Of a stretch of DNA of 64,000 bases, positions 11,243-24,723 are shown one piece after another (position 1 is the first letter of the stretch; the number at the start of each line of letters is the position of its first letter). The notes beneath the pieces were generated by a model that was not told the origin of the DNA, did not search any database, and saw only the letters and a program-made list of their open reading frames with translations. The stretch covers positions 201,810,001 through 201,874,000 of the forward strand of contig OX597814.1 in NCBI GenBank assembly GCA_951406725.2, given 5' to 3'. Both the position numbers and the translations under genes were made by a program. Source of the stretch: Octopus vulgaris. Lineage: Eukaryota.

Positions 11243-12190
11243 CACTCACAAGGCTTTGGTCAGCCCGAGGCTATAGTAGCAGACACTTGACCAAGGTGCC
11301 ACGCATATATATATATATATATATATACATATCATCATCATCATCATTTAACATCCGCTTTCCATGCTAGCATGGGTTATATATATATGTTTGTGGGTCC
11401 TACCATCGCTTGTCAACCGATGCTGGTGTGTTTATGTCCCCATAACTTGACGGTTTGGCAAAAGTGACCAACAGAATAAGCACTAGTCTTACATAGAAAA
11501 AATAAGTCCTCGGGTCGATTCACTCGACTAAAAAGGCTGTGCTCCAGCATGGCCGCAGTCGAATGACTGAAACAAATAAGCGAATGAAAGAATAAACAAA
11601 CACATACACGGGTTTATATTTCAGGACACAAAATAACAACAACACAATTTGTCACAACAGACATCAATGCATTCTCAATTTTCATTTCAGTTAAGTTCGG
11701 CAGAACCACGGAGAGATGTCGATCAAAATAGAGGTGTCACATGATAGACAAGAGGCATTGCTTGATGCTGCATAGAAACTAACATTAAACAAGAGGGGGT
11801 TACAAATCCAATGAATATATATGTAGGGTTTTACAGTTATTTATCTATTTATCTATACATATATATATATATATACATATATACATATACATATATATAT
11901 ATATATTTCAACAATTGAGGGTAAAATTAATTAATTATTAATTAATTTCACCAAGTGTTCAGTATGCAAAGGGACCATTTAAGGCGAATTCAAATTATTA
12001 CAATATATAAAAGGGCTTAGTAAAATAAATTACTTTGCCGCATACTGAACTCATTAGAAATAGCAGCTAAAAAACTTTTTAAAAACCATTTCTAATACTT
12101 AAAGAAAATCTCTCTCGTATAGTGTTTGGTCAACTCAACTCACGAAAGTTTGGGGGTAAAGACATAAAAAAATCAAATGCAAAGGTTATT

Positions 12191-12242
12191 TGAGAACGTA
12201 CGTTTCAAGATTAGTCATCAAGACACTTCTATCATCAGCTCA
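12191..12242 (-). ncRNA. Minimal type I hammerhead ribozyme motif within a ~460-bp insert in (TA)n (11908-12364)
   Basis: tgag-CTGATGA…ctt-GAAA-cgtacg-TT-ctca; palindromic stem III aacgtacgtt; stem II weak. Confidence 0.55.
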
Positions 12243-12362
12243 GAAACTCCATGGTTTGGATTTGAAAACACTGAAAGTGAGAGCATACTCTTTCGGCCTC
12301 TCATCGCCTTCGAAGATCTGCTCGTAACTAACAGTGCCAACAAACTCAAACATGCAAGCGAA

Positions 12363-12401
<39 letters not shown>

Positions 12402-12416
12402 CACACATATATATGT

Positions 12417-12468
<52 letters not shown>

Positions 12469-12486
12469 GTATATATATATATATAC

Positions 12487-13127
12487 ACAGGCACCCATGC
12501 CAACCCCCTTTGCTTGTGAAGACATGTTGGGGCAAGCGAAATCGAAATCGAATTGAACCAGCCAGGATCCCTGGTCTGGTGGTACGTAAAAAGCACTATC
12601 CGACACGTGGCCGATGTCAGCGCCGCCTCCACTGGCTTCTGTGCCGGTGGCACATAAAATACACCAATCCGACCGTGGCCGTTGCCAGCCTCGCCTGGCA
12701 CCTGTGCAGGTGGCACGTAAAAAGCACCCACTACACTCACGGAGTGGTTGGCGTTAGGAAGGGCATCCAGTTGTAGAAACATTGCCAGATAAGACTGGAG
12801 CCTGGTGCAGCCTTCTGGCTTCCCAGATCTCCGGTCGAACCGTCCAACCCATGCTAGTATGGAGAACGGACGTTAAACGATGATGATGATGATGATGATG
12901 ATGATACTCTTTTACTCTTTTACTTGTTTCAGTCATTTGGCTGTAGCCATGCTGGAGCACCGCCTTTAGTCGAGCAAATTGACCCCGGGACTTATTCTTT
13001 GTAAGCCCAGTACTTATTCTATTGGTCTCTTTTCCCAAACTGCTAAGTGACGGGGACGTAAACACACCAGCATCGGTTGTCAAGCAATGCTAGAAGGACA
13101 AACACAGACACACAAACATGCACACAC

Positions 13128-13162
<35 letters not shown>

Positions 13163-13333
13163 CCTATATACGACTGGCTTCTTTCAGTTTCCGTCTACCA
13201 AATCCACTCACAAGGCTTTGGTCGGCCTGAGGCTATAGCAGAAGACACTTGCCCAAGATGCCACGCAGTTGGACTGAACCCGAAACCATGTGGTTGGTTA
13301 GCAAGCTACTTACCACACCGCCACTCCTGCGCC
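12487..13333. mobile_element. RTE 3' fragment (12487-12904 plus) tail-to-tail with full SINE family A (12907-13333 minus)
   Basis: Both closely match the copies at 9320-10198. Confidence 0.9.
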
Positions 13334-13390
13334 TATATATATATATACATATATATATATATACATATATATATATACATATATATATAT

Positions 13391-13458
<68 letters not shown>

Positions 13459-13491
13459 ATATATATGTATATGTATATATATATACATATA

Positions 13492-13533
<42 letters not shown>

Positions 13534-13534
13534 C

Positions 13535-13601
<67 letters not shown>

Positions 13602-13943
13602 TTATTTATTGATTTATTTATTTATAAATCAAGTTATGACCTTTAATGCTAACTGCTATGATTACCTGAGATTGTCTCGTTATTGTCATTAATTATTATT
13701 GGATAATAATAGCAAACCTACTGCCATGCTGTTAGATAACAATTACGTATTGAAAGATGTGTGTTGTTCAGCATGAATTAACTGATAATGATGACAATTA
13801 CTTATCAATTAACGAGGAGGACAGTATTACAGGGGAACTTTAATCACCAGTTTCCTAATTGATCCGATTCTGTTATGCTAACATCAGAAATTGTTATGGA
13901 GTAAACAGTCTCTCATCACGATGGCATGGAAGACAGATGTGAA

Positions 13944-14774
13944 ATGATGATGATGATGATGATGATGATGGGAGGGTTGGCGGGGGGAAGAGAAGGATGG
14001 CAATGGTGACTACAATGTACGAGATGATGATGATGATGACGATGATGATGATGATGATGATAATGATGATGATGATATTGATGGGGATGATGATGGTGAT
14101 GATGATGATGATGATTGTGATGGTGATGATGACGATGATGATGATGATGATGATAGTGATGGTGATGATGACGATGATGACGATGATGATGATACTGATG
14201 GTGATGATGACGATGATGATGATGGTAATAATGATGATGATGATGATGATAGTGATGGTGATGATGATAGTGATGGTGATGATGACTACGATGATGATGA
14301 TGATGATGATGATAGTGATGGTGATGATGACGATGATGATGATGATGATGATGATGATGATAGTGATGGTAATGATGACGATGATGATGTTGATGATGAT
14401 GATGATGGTGATAATGATGATGATGATGATAGTGATGGTGATGATGACGATGATGACGATGATGATGATACTGATGGTGATGATGACGATGATGATGATG
14501 GTAATAATGATGATGATGATGATGATAGTGATGGTGATGATGATAGTGATGGTGATGATGACTACGATGATGATGATGATGATGATGATAGTGATGGTGA
14601 TGACGACGATGATGATGATGATGATGATGATGATGATAGTGATGGTAATGATGACGATGATGATGTTGATGATGATGATGATGGTGATAATGATGATGAT
14701 GATGATAGTGATGGTGATGATGATAGTGATGGTGATGACGACTACGATGATGATGATGATGATGATAGTGATGG

Positions 14775-14826
<52 letters not shown>

Positions 14827-14963
14827 AGTGATGGTGATGATGATAGTGATGGTGATGATGACGATGATGATGATGATGATGATAGTGATGTTGATGATGA
14901 CGATGATGATGGTGATGATGATGACAATGACAATGATGATGGTGATGGTCATGATGACGATGA
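13944..14963. repeat. ~1 kb degenerate (GAT)n array with a 276-bp higher-order duplication
   Basis: Variant gatactgatg at 14191 and 14467 with the same order of neighbouring variants. Confidence 0.9.
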
Positions 14964-15882
14964 TAATGTCTTTTGCTGCCTATAATTTGCAATTTTTTTA
15001 TAAAAGGAGTCATTTTCTAGTGTGGACAATGCTAGGTTTTTATAGTATCCTGTATCCATCGGGACTACAGCATTACCTTTGTCTGCTTCTTTGATTGTCA
15101 GGTCTTTGTCCTTTTTTAGCTGTGGTAGGTGCCTCCATTGTAGGCTTTTGAAGTTTGGTACAATTTTTAGTTTATAGATAGTGTGAGGAAAATTCTAGAA
15201 ACAGTTGCAGAAGTCATCTAGTATTTTATTCCTTCCTTTGGGTGGTAGATAATTACTTTTGTTTCTCACTAGTGATTCGTCATCGATGTTGTAGTTAGTT
15301 TAGTGCTTCTGTCAATCAAAGTTTTCTACAGAATTCTGCAATATTATCTTTGATTTCATTGGAGTTGGGTCTATGTGGAGTGGGTGTAAATTTTAAACCT
15401 TTAGCTAAAATATGGATTTTTGTTGCAAAGAGAGTTTTCTTAGATAAATTGATTATTTTGGGTTTCTCCCGTAAGTTCTGTTCCAATTGATAATTATAGG
15501 CAGCAAAAGACATTAAAAGATCTTGCAAGTGTAATCCTCAAACATGGAAAAGGCTTCACAGAAACAGATAAACACTACATCGCAAACTTTAAATGCACAC
15601 CAAGCCTTTTCTATGGCCTCCCCCAAAATCCACAAGAGTCAAATAATTACTAATGCCTGCAAATCAAATCCAGGTCTATACATAAATATTCCAACACTGG
15701 AAGACTTAAAATTTAGGACGATTATAGTGGACCCAGCCTGTGAAACACACCGCCTAAGCAGCTTTCTGGACATATTATTGAAACCTTTCCTCAGATACAT
15801 TAAAAGTTTCATTAGAGATGATCTGGACATGCTAGAGCATCTACCAAAAACCACCAATGAAGAAGTTCTATTAGTCTCCTTT
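14964..15882. mobile_element. Penelope-like element RT fragment with internal inversion
   Basis: Minus 14964-15490: IINLS…LAKGLKFTPTP…IKEADKGNAVVPMD; plus 15492-15882: FYGLPKIHKS…LSSFLDILLKPF…SFIRD…LLVSF. Confidence 0.85.
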
Positions 15883-15903
15883 CATATATATATATATATT
15901 ATA

Positions 15904-16798
15904 CAAGGTCTTATCAATAAGTATCCAAACTGTTGCCATAGTAATGAAGCTAAAACATGCAGAGTGGAGTCGCTTAGCACAGATGGACCTTGAACTCTGT
16001 TGTGCATGCACATAAGTTTTAACATTCTAGCTCACTTCCACTATTTACAGCAGTGCTTGGAAGGAAGGTGTGTAGCGTGTGATTGTTGTGTTGAATCATG
16101 ACAGAGAAAGTTGTCATGGTGATACCTAATCAGAGGCTGGTGTAAAGTTGCAGAAAGGGTGTGGAGTGAAATGTATGGGCTTCAAACAAGTGTATGAGTG
16201 GTTCAGACGTTTCCAAAACGGCTGAGAAAATGTTGATATTGATAAACGTTCTGGGAGACCTGCAACCAATAGAACTGAGAAAATCACGGCAGATGTGCAT
16301 GCAGCTGTGAGGGGAAATCATCGAATCTCCATCTGTGAGTTATCAGAGGATGTGCAGACTAGTTATGGTTCAGGTCAGTCTATTATCACTGAAGATTTGG
16401 GTATGTGACGTATGTCTGTCAAGTTTTTACCAAAACTGCTTTCAGCTGACCAAAGAGACACACAGGTTTCAGTTGCACAAGACTTTCTTCATTGTGCTTA
16501 GAATGATGAGAACCTTTTGAAAACTTTCTGTAGGCCTCTGAACAGGTATTGCTAAGCTTTTGGCAAAATTTGATGCAGATTCTCAGCTCAACTTTCTCTG
16601 TCATGGTCAATGCGACAATCACACGCTACACACCTTCCTTCTAAGCACTGCTGTAAACAGCAGAAATTAGCTAGAGTGTTAAAACTAAGTGCACATGCAC
16701 AACAGAGTTCAAGGTCAATCTGTGTCAAGCAGCTTAACTCTGCGTGCTTTAGCTTCGTTACTATGGCAACAGTCCGGATACTTAGTGATCAGACCACA
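15904..16798. mobile_element. Non-autonomous mariner derivative with ~210-bp TIRs
   Basis: Long TIRs, TA at left end; internal HTH-region remnant VYEWFRRF…RSGRP; second copy at 37498. Confidence 0.85.
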
Positions 16799-17349
16799 AA
16801 TATGAATAAACATGGCTGAGAAAGTTTCTTACATATTGTAAGAAAATCTAACTTTAAAGATATTAACTGAGAAAGTATTTATTAGACAGAACAACAAGAA
16901 AGCTGAAGATCCACCACCACCACCACCACCACCACCACCACCACCAACCCACCTTTCCTTCACCAACAGCAGAAAACAGAATCACGGACAAGTAATATTT
17001 AAAGGAATTACAAATAGTTGAAGAATTATTAAAAAATTATTAGACATAAATTCGTGGCGCTGCTTTTCTGTGAAGCAACGCGGTACATAAGGACTGGTAA
17101 AATAGCAAAAATAAAGAATACATGTGACAGAGGAGTAGATAATGGTAAAAGATATGAGCAGGACAGGTAGAGAAAGGTAATTAGAAAATTACATAAAATA
17201 TATATATATTAGTGAAATATGAAACAAAAGAGAGAAGTGTTTCTCCCGTGTTCAAAGGAGATAAGGAGAAAAGGTGTTATGCATATTCTGTGTAGCAACA
17301 ACCTGGTCGATGAGAAAAAAGTTTAAAATGTCTTTAAGGAAAAACTTGT

Positions 17350-17582
17350 TCACACATACACACGCACAGACATATATCTATGTGTATATATATATACATG
17401 CATACATGTATATATATATGTATATATGTACATATAGATATATGCGTATGTGAGTGTGTATGTATGTGTATATATATATAAAGGTGTATGTGTATATATA
17501 GATATAAATGTGTGTGTATATATACATGCATATATACATGTGTGTGCGTATGTGCATGTGTATGTGCATGTATATATATATA

Positions 17583-17621
<39 letters not shown>

Positions 17622-17719
17622 GCATACACATAAACATATACATATATATATAAGTATATGTTTGCAGGCTGATATCTACATATATACAGACACATACATA
17701 TATATATGTTTGTATATAC

Positions 17720-17775
<56 letters not shown>

Positions 17776-17932
17776 GTATGTATATAAATATATGCACATA
17801 TATACATGTATACATATATATGTATATGTTTGCATGTGTGTATGTACATGCATGTGTATTTATGTATGTATGTATGTATATGTGTGTGTATATGTATATG
17901 TGTGAATGTATGCATGCACGTGTGTGTGTGTG
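17350..17932. repeat. Mixed (TA)/(TG)/(TATG)n low-complexity tract
   Basis: Direct reading. Confidence 0.95.
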
Positions 17933-18471
17933 TCTCTCTGCCTGTGAATATTCAAGTCTACAAAATTGATTCTATCAGGAAATTCTATCCTTTACTCAGT
18001 GTTTGCAGAAGTCAAAAGAGTGCAAAAATATGCGACACAACAGACCTTCAGGAAAAGCAACAACAAAAGATGTTTCGCTATCAAAGGAGCCAAATTGAAT
18101 CTGTGTAGCCAACTTTGGAAAATCTATTTCTCATTCCGACTTAACTCTCTCGGTAACAAAGGGTTGGCATTGCCTTTAAAAGAATTATAGATTAAGGTCC
18201 ACAGAAATGGCTCAATCATTTTCTATTATTTTCCTTAAGTTACAATTCCCTACTTTGGCATCCTCCTCTGTTTCCTCTCCCACAACGGTTAGAATAATTC
18301 CTGCCCCTTTCAACCTGATATTTCTATGCTAACTCAAAGTAAAATCCTTTTGATGCAAAACAGAAGCCACCTCTGCTTCGCTCTTCTACTAATCATGCTG
18401 TTTTAGTCTGGGATGGAGGGACAAGTCCCATACAGTTACTGGCCCTCGAATTTTACGGAAGAAATCAGTTA

Positions 18472-18699
18472 TACAGTTCTATACGTAAGAGATAAGGAAT
18501 TATGTACATTATTTACACTATTTACATTATTTACATTATTTATAATTGATGGATATTTGTCCTCATCTTGTTTGTTGCTAACACAACGTTTCAGCTGATA
18601 TATACTCTAGCCTTCATCAGGTGTCTTGGGAAAATATTAAACTTGGGTTCTCATTCCTAAGGTATTTTTCGATGTTGTTGATGTTGTTATTATTATTAC

Positions 18700-18744
<45 letters not shown>

Positions 18745-19497
18745 CATTATTATTATTATTCTGAGTTCGATTCCAGGCAGTGACCTGAATAATAATAATA
18801 ATAATAATGGCTTCTGATCTTAACTGATTGGAGGTGTTATCATGTACATTGTTTTGTCTTGGTATAAAAGATGGGCTACAGCAAATATTCTGCTCAATAC
18901 CACAGATTTGCTTGTCAGTTGTTTGACCTTAACCACTTGACCATGTCCCTCAGTGGCTGATGATATGTGCATCTCTGACCACGAGCAGAAGTAGTGGGGG
19001 AGCATCATAGCCATGTGTTGAAAGGAATTCTTGGAGGTTTGGATAATTCACCTTTGAAAACATGGATGGTTCGTTCAGCATCCTTAAACAATCTTTATTC
19101 GGGGACCTTTTGAGTGGGATGGGCTACTCGACCAGAAGAAAATTCTAACTGGGCCCCACCTGCAAGATCATGCATTGCTAATCTTGATATGAGATCACCA
19201 TATCGTGCACATTTGGTTATGATGCATGTGCCTGGTGTACCCTTATCAGACGGGTACTCATGATGGGTATACTGGGCTTCATATATTTTACCCCAGTGTC
19301 ATTTTGATGACATGCACTGCTCTTTCACTCAATAATAATAGTAATAATAATGACATCGCAAAAATACCTTAGGAATGAGAACCCAGGTTTGAAATTTCCC
19401 CAAGACACCTGATGAAGGCTGGAGGGTATATCAGCTGAACTGTTGTGTTAACAACAAACAAGATGAGGACAAATATCTGTCAAATGTAAATAATGTA
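18472..19497. mobile_element. Fold-back copy of the tRNA-head/HHR Penelope-type element, with a ~520-bp insert (18808-19330)
   Basis: Left arm minus with HHR 18580-18625; B-box remnant gagttcgattcc near 18763; right arm plus with CTGATGA 19409-19415 (GAAA mutated to GAAC). Confidence 0.8.
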
Positions 19498-19786
19498 AAA
19501 CAAAATTCTTTGTTATGTATTTTCTACCACCACCACCACCACCAGAACAGATGTGACAAAAGGTTGGAGACAAATGAGACTGACCGGGAGTAATGAGTGA
19601 ATGTTATTGATGAGGTCATGAATGGTGATGAAAGAACTATCACAAATCACTGATTGATTGACTGAACTTTTAATCAAACAATTAGTTAATTAGCTAACTA
19701 GTTGACTAATAATTCTGATAAAGCGAAGTGGAATATAACCAGTGTGTGTATGTATTTCTTATTGGCAAGACACAACACAAGGGTAA

Positions 19787-20515
19787 TCATCATCATCATC
19801 ATTTAACGTCTGTTGTCCATGCTGGCATCGGTTGGACAGTTTGACCAGGGCTAGTATACGGGGGGAAGGGCTGCACCAGGCTCCAGTCTGATTTGGAATG
19901 GCTTTCTATGGCTGGATGCCCCTCCTAGATACCAACCACTTCAAGAGTGTAATGAGTGCTTTTATGTGCCGCCAGCATCGGTGCCATTTGCATGACATCA
20001 GAATCTGTCACAATCATCATCATCATTGTCGTTTAATGTCTGCTTTCCATGCTGGCATGGGTTGGACGATTTGACTGAGGTCTGGCAAACCAGATGGCTG
20101 CACCAGGCTCAATCTGATCTGACAAAGTTTCTACAGCTGGATGCCCTTCCTAACACCAACCACTCCAAGAGTGTAGTGTGTGCTTTTACATGCCACTGGC
20201 ACAAGGGCCAGTCAGGCAGTTCTGGCAACGACCCCGCTCAAAAGGTGTCTTTTATGTGCCACCTGCACAGGAGCCAGTCCAGAGGCACTGGCAATAACCA
20301 CGCTTGAATGTTGTTTTTCACGTGCCACTGACACATGTAGTGGTAAGGTGATACTGGCAATGATCACACTTGAATGGTACTTTTTACATGCCACCAGCAC
20401 GGGAGCCAATCCATGGCCCTGGCAACGATCATGCTCAGATGTGCTTTTAATGTGCCACTGGCAAGAGTGTCAATCAGGCGGCACTATCATCGGCCGCGTC
20501 AGTGATTTTGATTTG
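19787..20515 (-). mobile_element. Two adjacent RTE 3'-UTR fragments
   Basis: (CAT)n-tttaacgtc…ccatgctggcat at 19787 and 20014. Confidence 0.9.
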
Positions 20516-21728
20516 ATATGTATATTATATAGACTTAATGGATCTAACTAAAATTAAATTAATAAATTTAGAGGAAATTGGTAAGGTGGAAATTTGGTAA
20601 GGTGGAAATTTGGTAAGGTGGAACAAGACTGATTTTGGTTCCAGGAGGAATGGTCCTATTAGAATTGAAGCAGGGTTTGAAGTTTTATTCTTGGGCTTTT
20701 CTTTAGTGTGGCAATTTCCTGACTACTGTACAACCCTGACTCTACCTCTTAGAGAGGCCCTTGTTGAGAGTCAATAGTTTAAGCATTTGAATATCAATTA
20801 TTGATCAGTTCTGATCAGTTTTTCTTGAATATATATTTGGTACTGAGGGACCTGATCAAGGGATTATCATGCTATTTTCAATGTTCTCATGCTGAAAGTA
20901 GATGTTGTTGTTGTTGTTGCTATTCAGAAATTTGATCACTGACATTCCAACCATGACTAGCACTACATTGTCAAAATGGGGTGTGATACAATGGGGTGTG
21001 ATTTGAGTGATATTTGGCAGCTATTTCTAGCATGTCAAGCAACCACAACGAGAATTTCAAAATTGCATTTTCTTAAATGCAGTAAATCATAAATAGATTT
21101 ATTGTCTGATGATAACATTACACCAGGAAAAATTGTTTATGTACAGAAGACATTTGAAACCTCATGTTTTAGATCATTATATGCCACGGATTCAGTAGAC
21201 AATGTACAAGTGTCTGTACTGAAAATTGATCACATAATGTTCTTTAATCTATAATGTTATTGAATCTCTCTGTCAGTTTTTGATGTTTTTTGTTTGCTTT
21301 AAAATTGAGATAGAAAAATGAAATATCTCCAAACAACCTAAACAACTTCATTGTCTGATGACAATGAAAATTCATCTAAAATACTATTACCCCTTTAGCA
21401 TTCATGTTACATCGATTAATGTAAAGCTTATTGATTCGCATTGTTTTGACTTAATCGTGCATTATTTCACAGTTTCAAAATTCTGATGTCATATTGCTTA
21501 TTTTTAGAATGACATTGTAGAGTAGGAGTGAGAGGACAGATAAGGCCAATTTACATGCTTCAGGGGATTTAACAGGATTATAAAAGATGTTGAACAGGGG
21601 TGTAAAAATGAGTAGATGAGTATAAAAGATGTAGAGCTGATGACAGGAAGAGCATCCAACCATTATGCATTACTTCAGTAAACCTATCCAATACAACATG
21701 ACAGCATTGAAAATGAAAATAAAGTGAT

Positions 21729-22829
21729 TTAACCCTTTAGCATTCAGATTATTCTGTCAAATGTAATGCTTATTCATATGCTTTGAATTAATCTTGCATT
21801 ATTTCGTACCTCTGAGATTTTGATGATGTAATTTTCATATTTTTAGAATTATTAGGTCATCCCATAAATAATGTAGTTTTTTACAACTGCATGAACTAAA
21901 AGTTGGAGGGGTATGGGATAAACTACCTGCATCAATTTGCTATGAAAGCAGGTAGTAATTATACCTTGTCCTTATTCTTAAAACAAGTTTTGAAGTGTAC
22001 AGTTCGATTTTAAAGGTTATTTTTTGAAACCTATAATGGAAGTGACAAAGGAGCATATTCTGTTTTATGAGTTCAATAAAGGCAACAACACAATGGAAAG
22101 TGCGAGGAATATTAATGCAGTATGTGGGGATCAGACAATAAATGTAAGCCAGTGTCAGTGGTGGTTCCAGAAATTCTGAGTAAGAAACTACAGCCTAGAA
22201 GATGAGTCTCATCCTGGAAGATCTGTAGAGCTTGACAAGGATGTTCTGCAAACCCTGGTGGAACAAAAATCCCATCGTAGCAGAGAAGCTTGGATTTGGT
22301 CATTCAACCATTCATTGACACCTGGATGCCATCAGAAAACAACCATCTTTAGCTTCAAGGCAAAAGGTGTTCTTTCATCAGGATAATGCTCGGTCACATT
22401 CCAAAGACTGGAGCAGTTCGAATGGGAAACTATGTCTCACCCACCATATTCATTGGATATTGCTCCATCTGATTATCCTTTATTCTGCAGTCTTCAAAAT
22501 CATTTGGATGGAAAAAATATGACTTCTGTATAAGAGTTCAGAATAGTACTGGAGGAGTATTTTTCATCATGGTCAAGTGAATTTTGGAAGAAGAGCCTTG
22601 CAATGCAAGTCTACCAGATAGATGGAAGAGCATTGTAGAAAATGAAGGAGAGTATATTTTAGATTCAAAAAAGTTCTTTGTTTATCTTAATTTTGAAAAA
22701 TAAAAGAAATCTTAAAAAACCACATTATTTATGAGATGACACAATATATTGTAGAGTAGGTGTGAGGGGCTAGATCTGGCTGGTTTGAACAAGTAGAATA
22801 TTTGGCTGGTTTAAATGCGAAATGGTTTA
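21729..22829. mobile_element. TTAA-type (piggyBac-like) MITE interrupted by a mariner
   Basis: ttaa|ccctttagcattc start; halves join when compared with related copies at 21390-21560 and 62150-62349. Confidence 0.6.
21852..22744 (+). mobile_element. Internally deleted mariner transposon
   Basis: TIRs ttaggtcatcccataaataatgt / acattatttatgagatgacacaa, TA TSD; MEVTKEHI…FYEFNKG…, FHQDNARSH, HPPYSLDIAPSDY motifs. Confidence 0.9.
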
Positions 22830-22832
22830 GTA

Positions 22833-23055
22833 TTTACTCTTTTACTTGTTTCAGTCATTTGCCTGCAGCAATGCTGGAGCACTGCCTTTAGTCAAGCAAA
22901 TCGACACCAGGACTTATTCTTTGGAAGCCTAGTACTTATTTTATTGGTCTCTTTTGCCGAAATGCTAAGTTACGAGGATGTAAACACACCAACATCAATT
23001 GTCAAGTAATGTTAGGGGGGACAAACACAGACACACAAACATATATACACACATG

Positions 23056-23089
<34 letters not shown>

Positions 23090-23242
23090 TACAATGGGCT
23101 TCTTTCAGTCTCCATCTACCAAATCCACTCACAAGGCTTTGGTCGGCCTGAGGCTATAGTAGAAGACACTTGCCCAAGGTACCACTGAACCTGGAACCAT
23201 TTGGTTGGTAAGCAAGCTACTTACCACAAAGCCACCTGCGCC
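22833..23242 (-). mobile_element. SINE family A
   Basis: Both halves with internal (TA)/(CA)n. Confidence 0.9.
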
Positions 23243-23344
23243 TACATATTAGCATAGAATTTTTGAAAAATGTATAACATTCTCCATAGTGGCATCGAAA
23301 ATCAGACAAATGACACTATTTTCCACAGAATACAACTAAAGCTA

Positions 23345-23555
23345 GTGAGCTGGCAGAAGCGTTACCATACCATGCAAAATGTTTAGTGATATTTCATCTG
23401 TCTTTATATTTTGAGTTCAAATTCCACCGAGGTCGACTTTACCTTTTGTCCTTTGAGGGTTGCTAAATTAAGTACCACGTGAGTACTGGGGACGATCTAA
23501 TTGACTGGCTTCCTCCCTCAAAATTTTTGGCCTTATGCCTAGAGTAGAAAAGAAC
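23345..23555 (+). mobile_element. SINE family B variant (different tail)
   Basis: gagctggcagaa…gagttcaaattcc…aagtacca. Confidence 0.75.
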
Positions 23556-24219
23556 AGAATACAACTAGACAGCTGATGAGAGACATGTTGACAATTTGTC
23601 ATGTTTGAAGGGTTATGAGGAGTTGTGTATTGTTGAGGACTATGTAACCTCTCTGGTGTAGGTGCTATGAGCAAATGAAGCTAGTACACCTTGTAAATTG
23701 GTTGACAATAGGGAGGATGACCAACTATGGAAATTTAGCCAAATGACATGTAGAAGCCCTAGTTTATGGGGAAGTGGTTCTTGATGAGTGGTGACTTGGA
23801 TTGTAATGAACCATCCAAACCGTGACACAATGGAAAGTAAGTGTAAGATGATGATGATGATAAGGGAGAGAAAGAAGAAGGGAAGAAGAGGAGGGGAAGA
23901 AGGTAGGGTGGTCAGATGGGGAGGGGGAGGATGAGGTAAGGAGAAGAGGGTAGGAACGGGGTGAGGAGAGGGGATGAGGAGAAGGAAGGGGCAGAGTTTA
24001 GGAAGAGGAAAAGGAGAAAAAAGGAGAATTCTATCATCAATCATAGAAATAAAAATGAATTACACGAAGCATTATTTGAATTTAGAACATTTACATCACA
24101 AATCCAATAGCATGAAGGAGTTAAATTGATTACATCTGAAGCCAACTCAACCAGGGGTGACCTGGGGCTAAACAACACCAACAACCGATTAAATCTCTAT
24201 ATTATTCTAAATACAATTT

Positions 24220-24452
24220 CATTATTATTATTATATTTATTATTATCATTATTATTATTATCATTAATATTATTATCATTATTATTATTATCATTAATAT
24301 TATTATTATTATCATTAATATTAATATAATTATTATTATTATCATTATCACCATCATCATCATCATTATTACTATCATCATCATCATCATAATTATTATT
24401 TCTATCATCGTCATCATCATTATTATTATTATTACTATCATCGTCATCATCA

Positions 24453-24501
<49 letters not shown>

Positions 24502-24723
24502 CGTCATTATGATCATTATTGTTATTATTATTACTATCATCATCATCATCATCATTATTATTATTATCATTATTATTATTATTACTATCATCGTCATCAT
24601 TATTATTATTATTACTATCATCGTCATCATCATCATCATTATTATTTTTATTATTATCATTATTATTATCACTATTATTATTGTTGTTGTTGTTGTTGTT
24701 GTTGTTGTTATTATTATTATTAT
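24220..24723. repeat. (TAT/CAT/TGT)n tract
   Basis: Direct reading. Confidence 0.95.

Noticed and set aside
13894-15094. 350-365 aa poly-His/Ile/Met ORFs (also 10456-11370, 24197-24781, 45899-47226)
   Set aside because: Translations of tri- and tetranucleotide microsatellites that lack stop codons in several frames; no domain content.
21105-21385. ctgatga motifs at ~21107 and ~21355 (also ~2638, ~2813)
   Set aside because: No correctly placed GAAA/NUH and closing stems.
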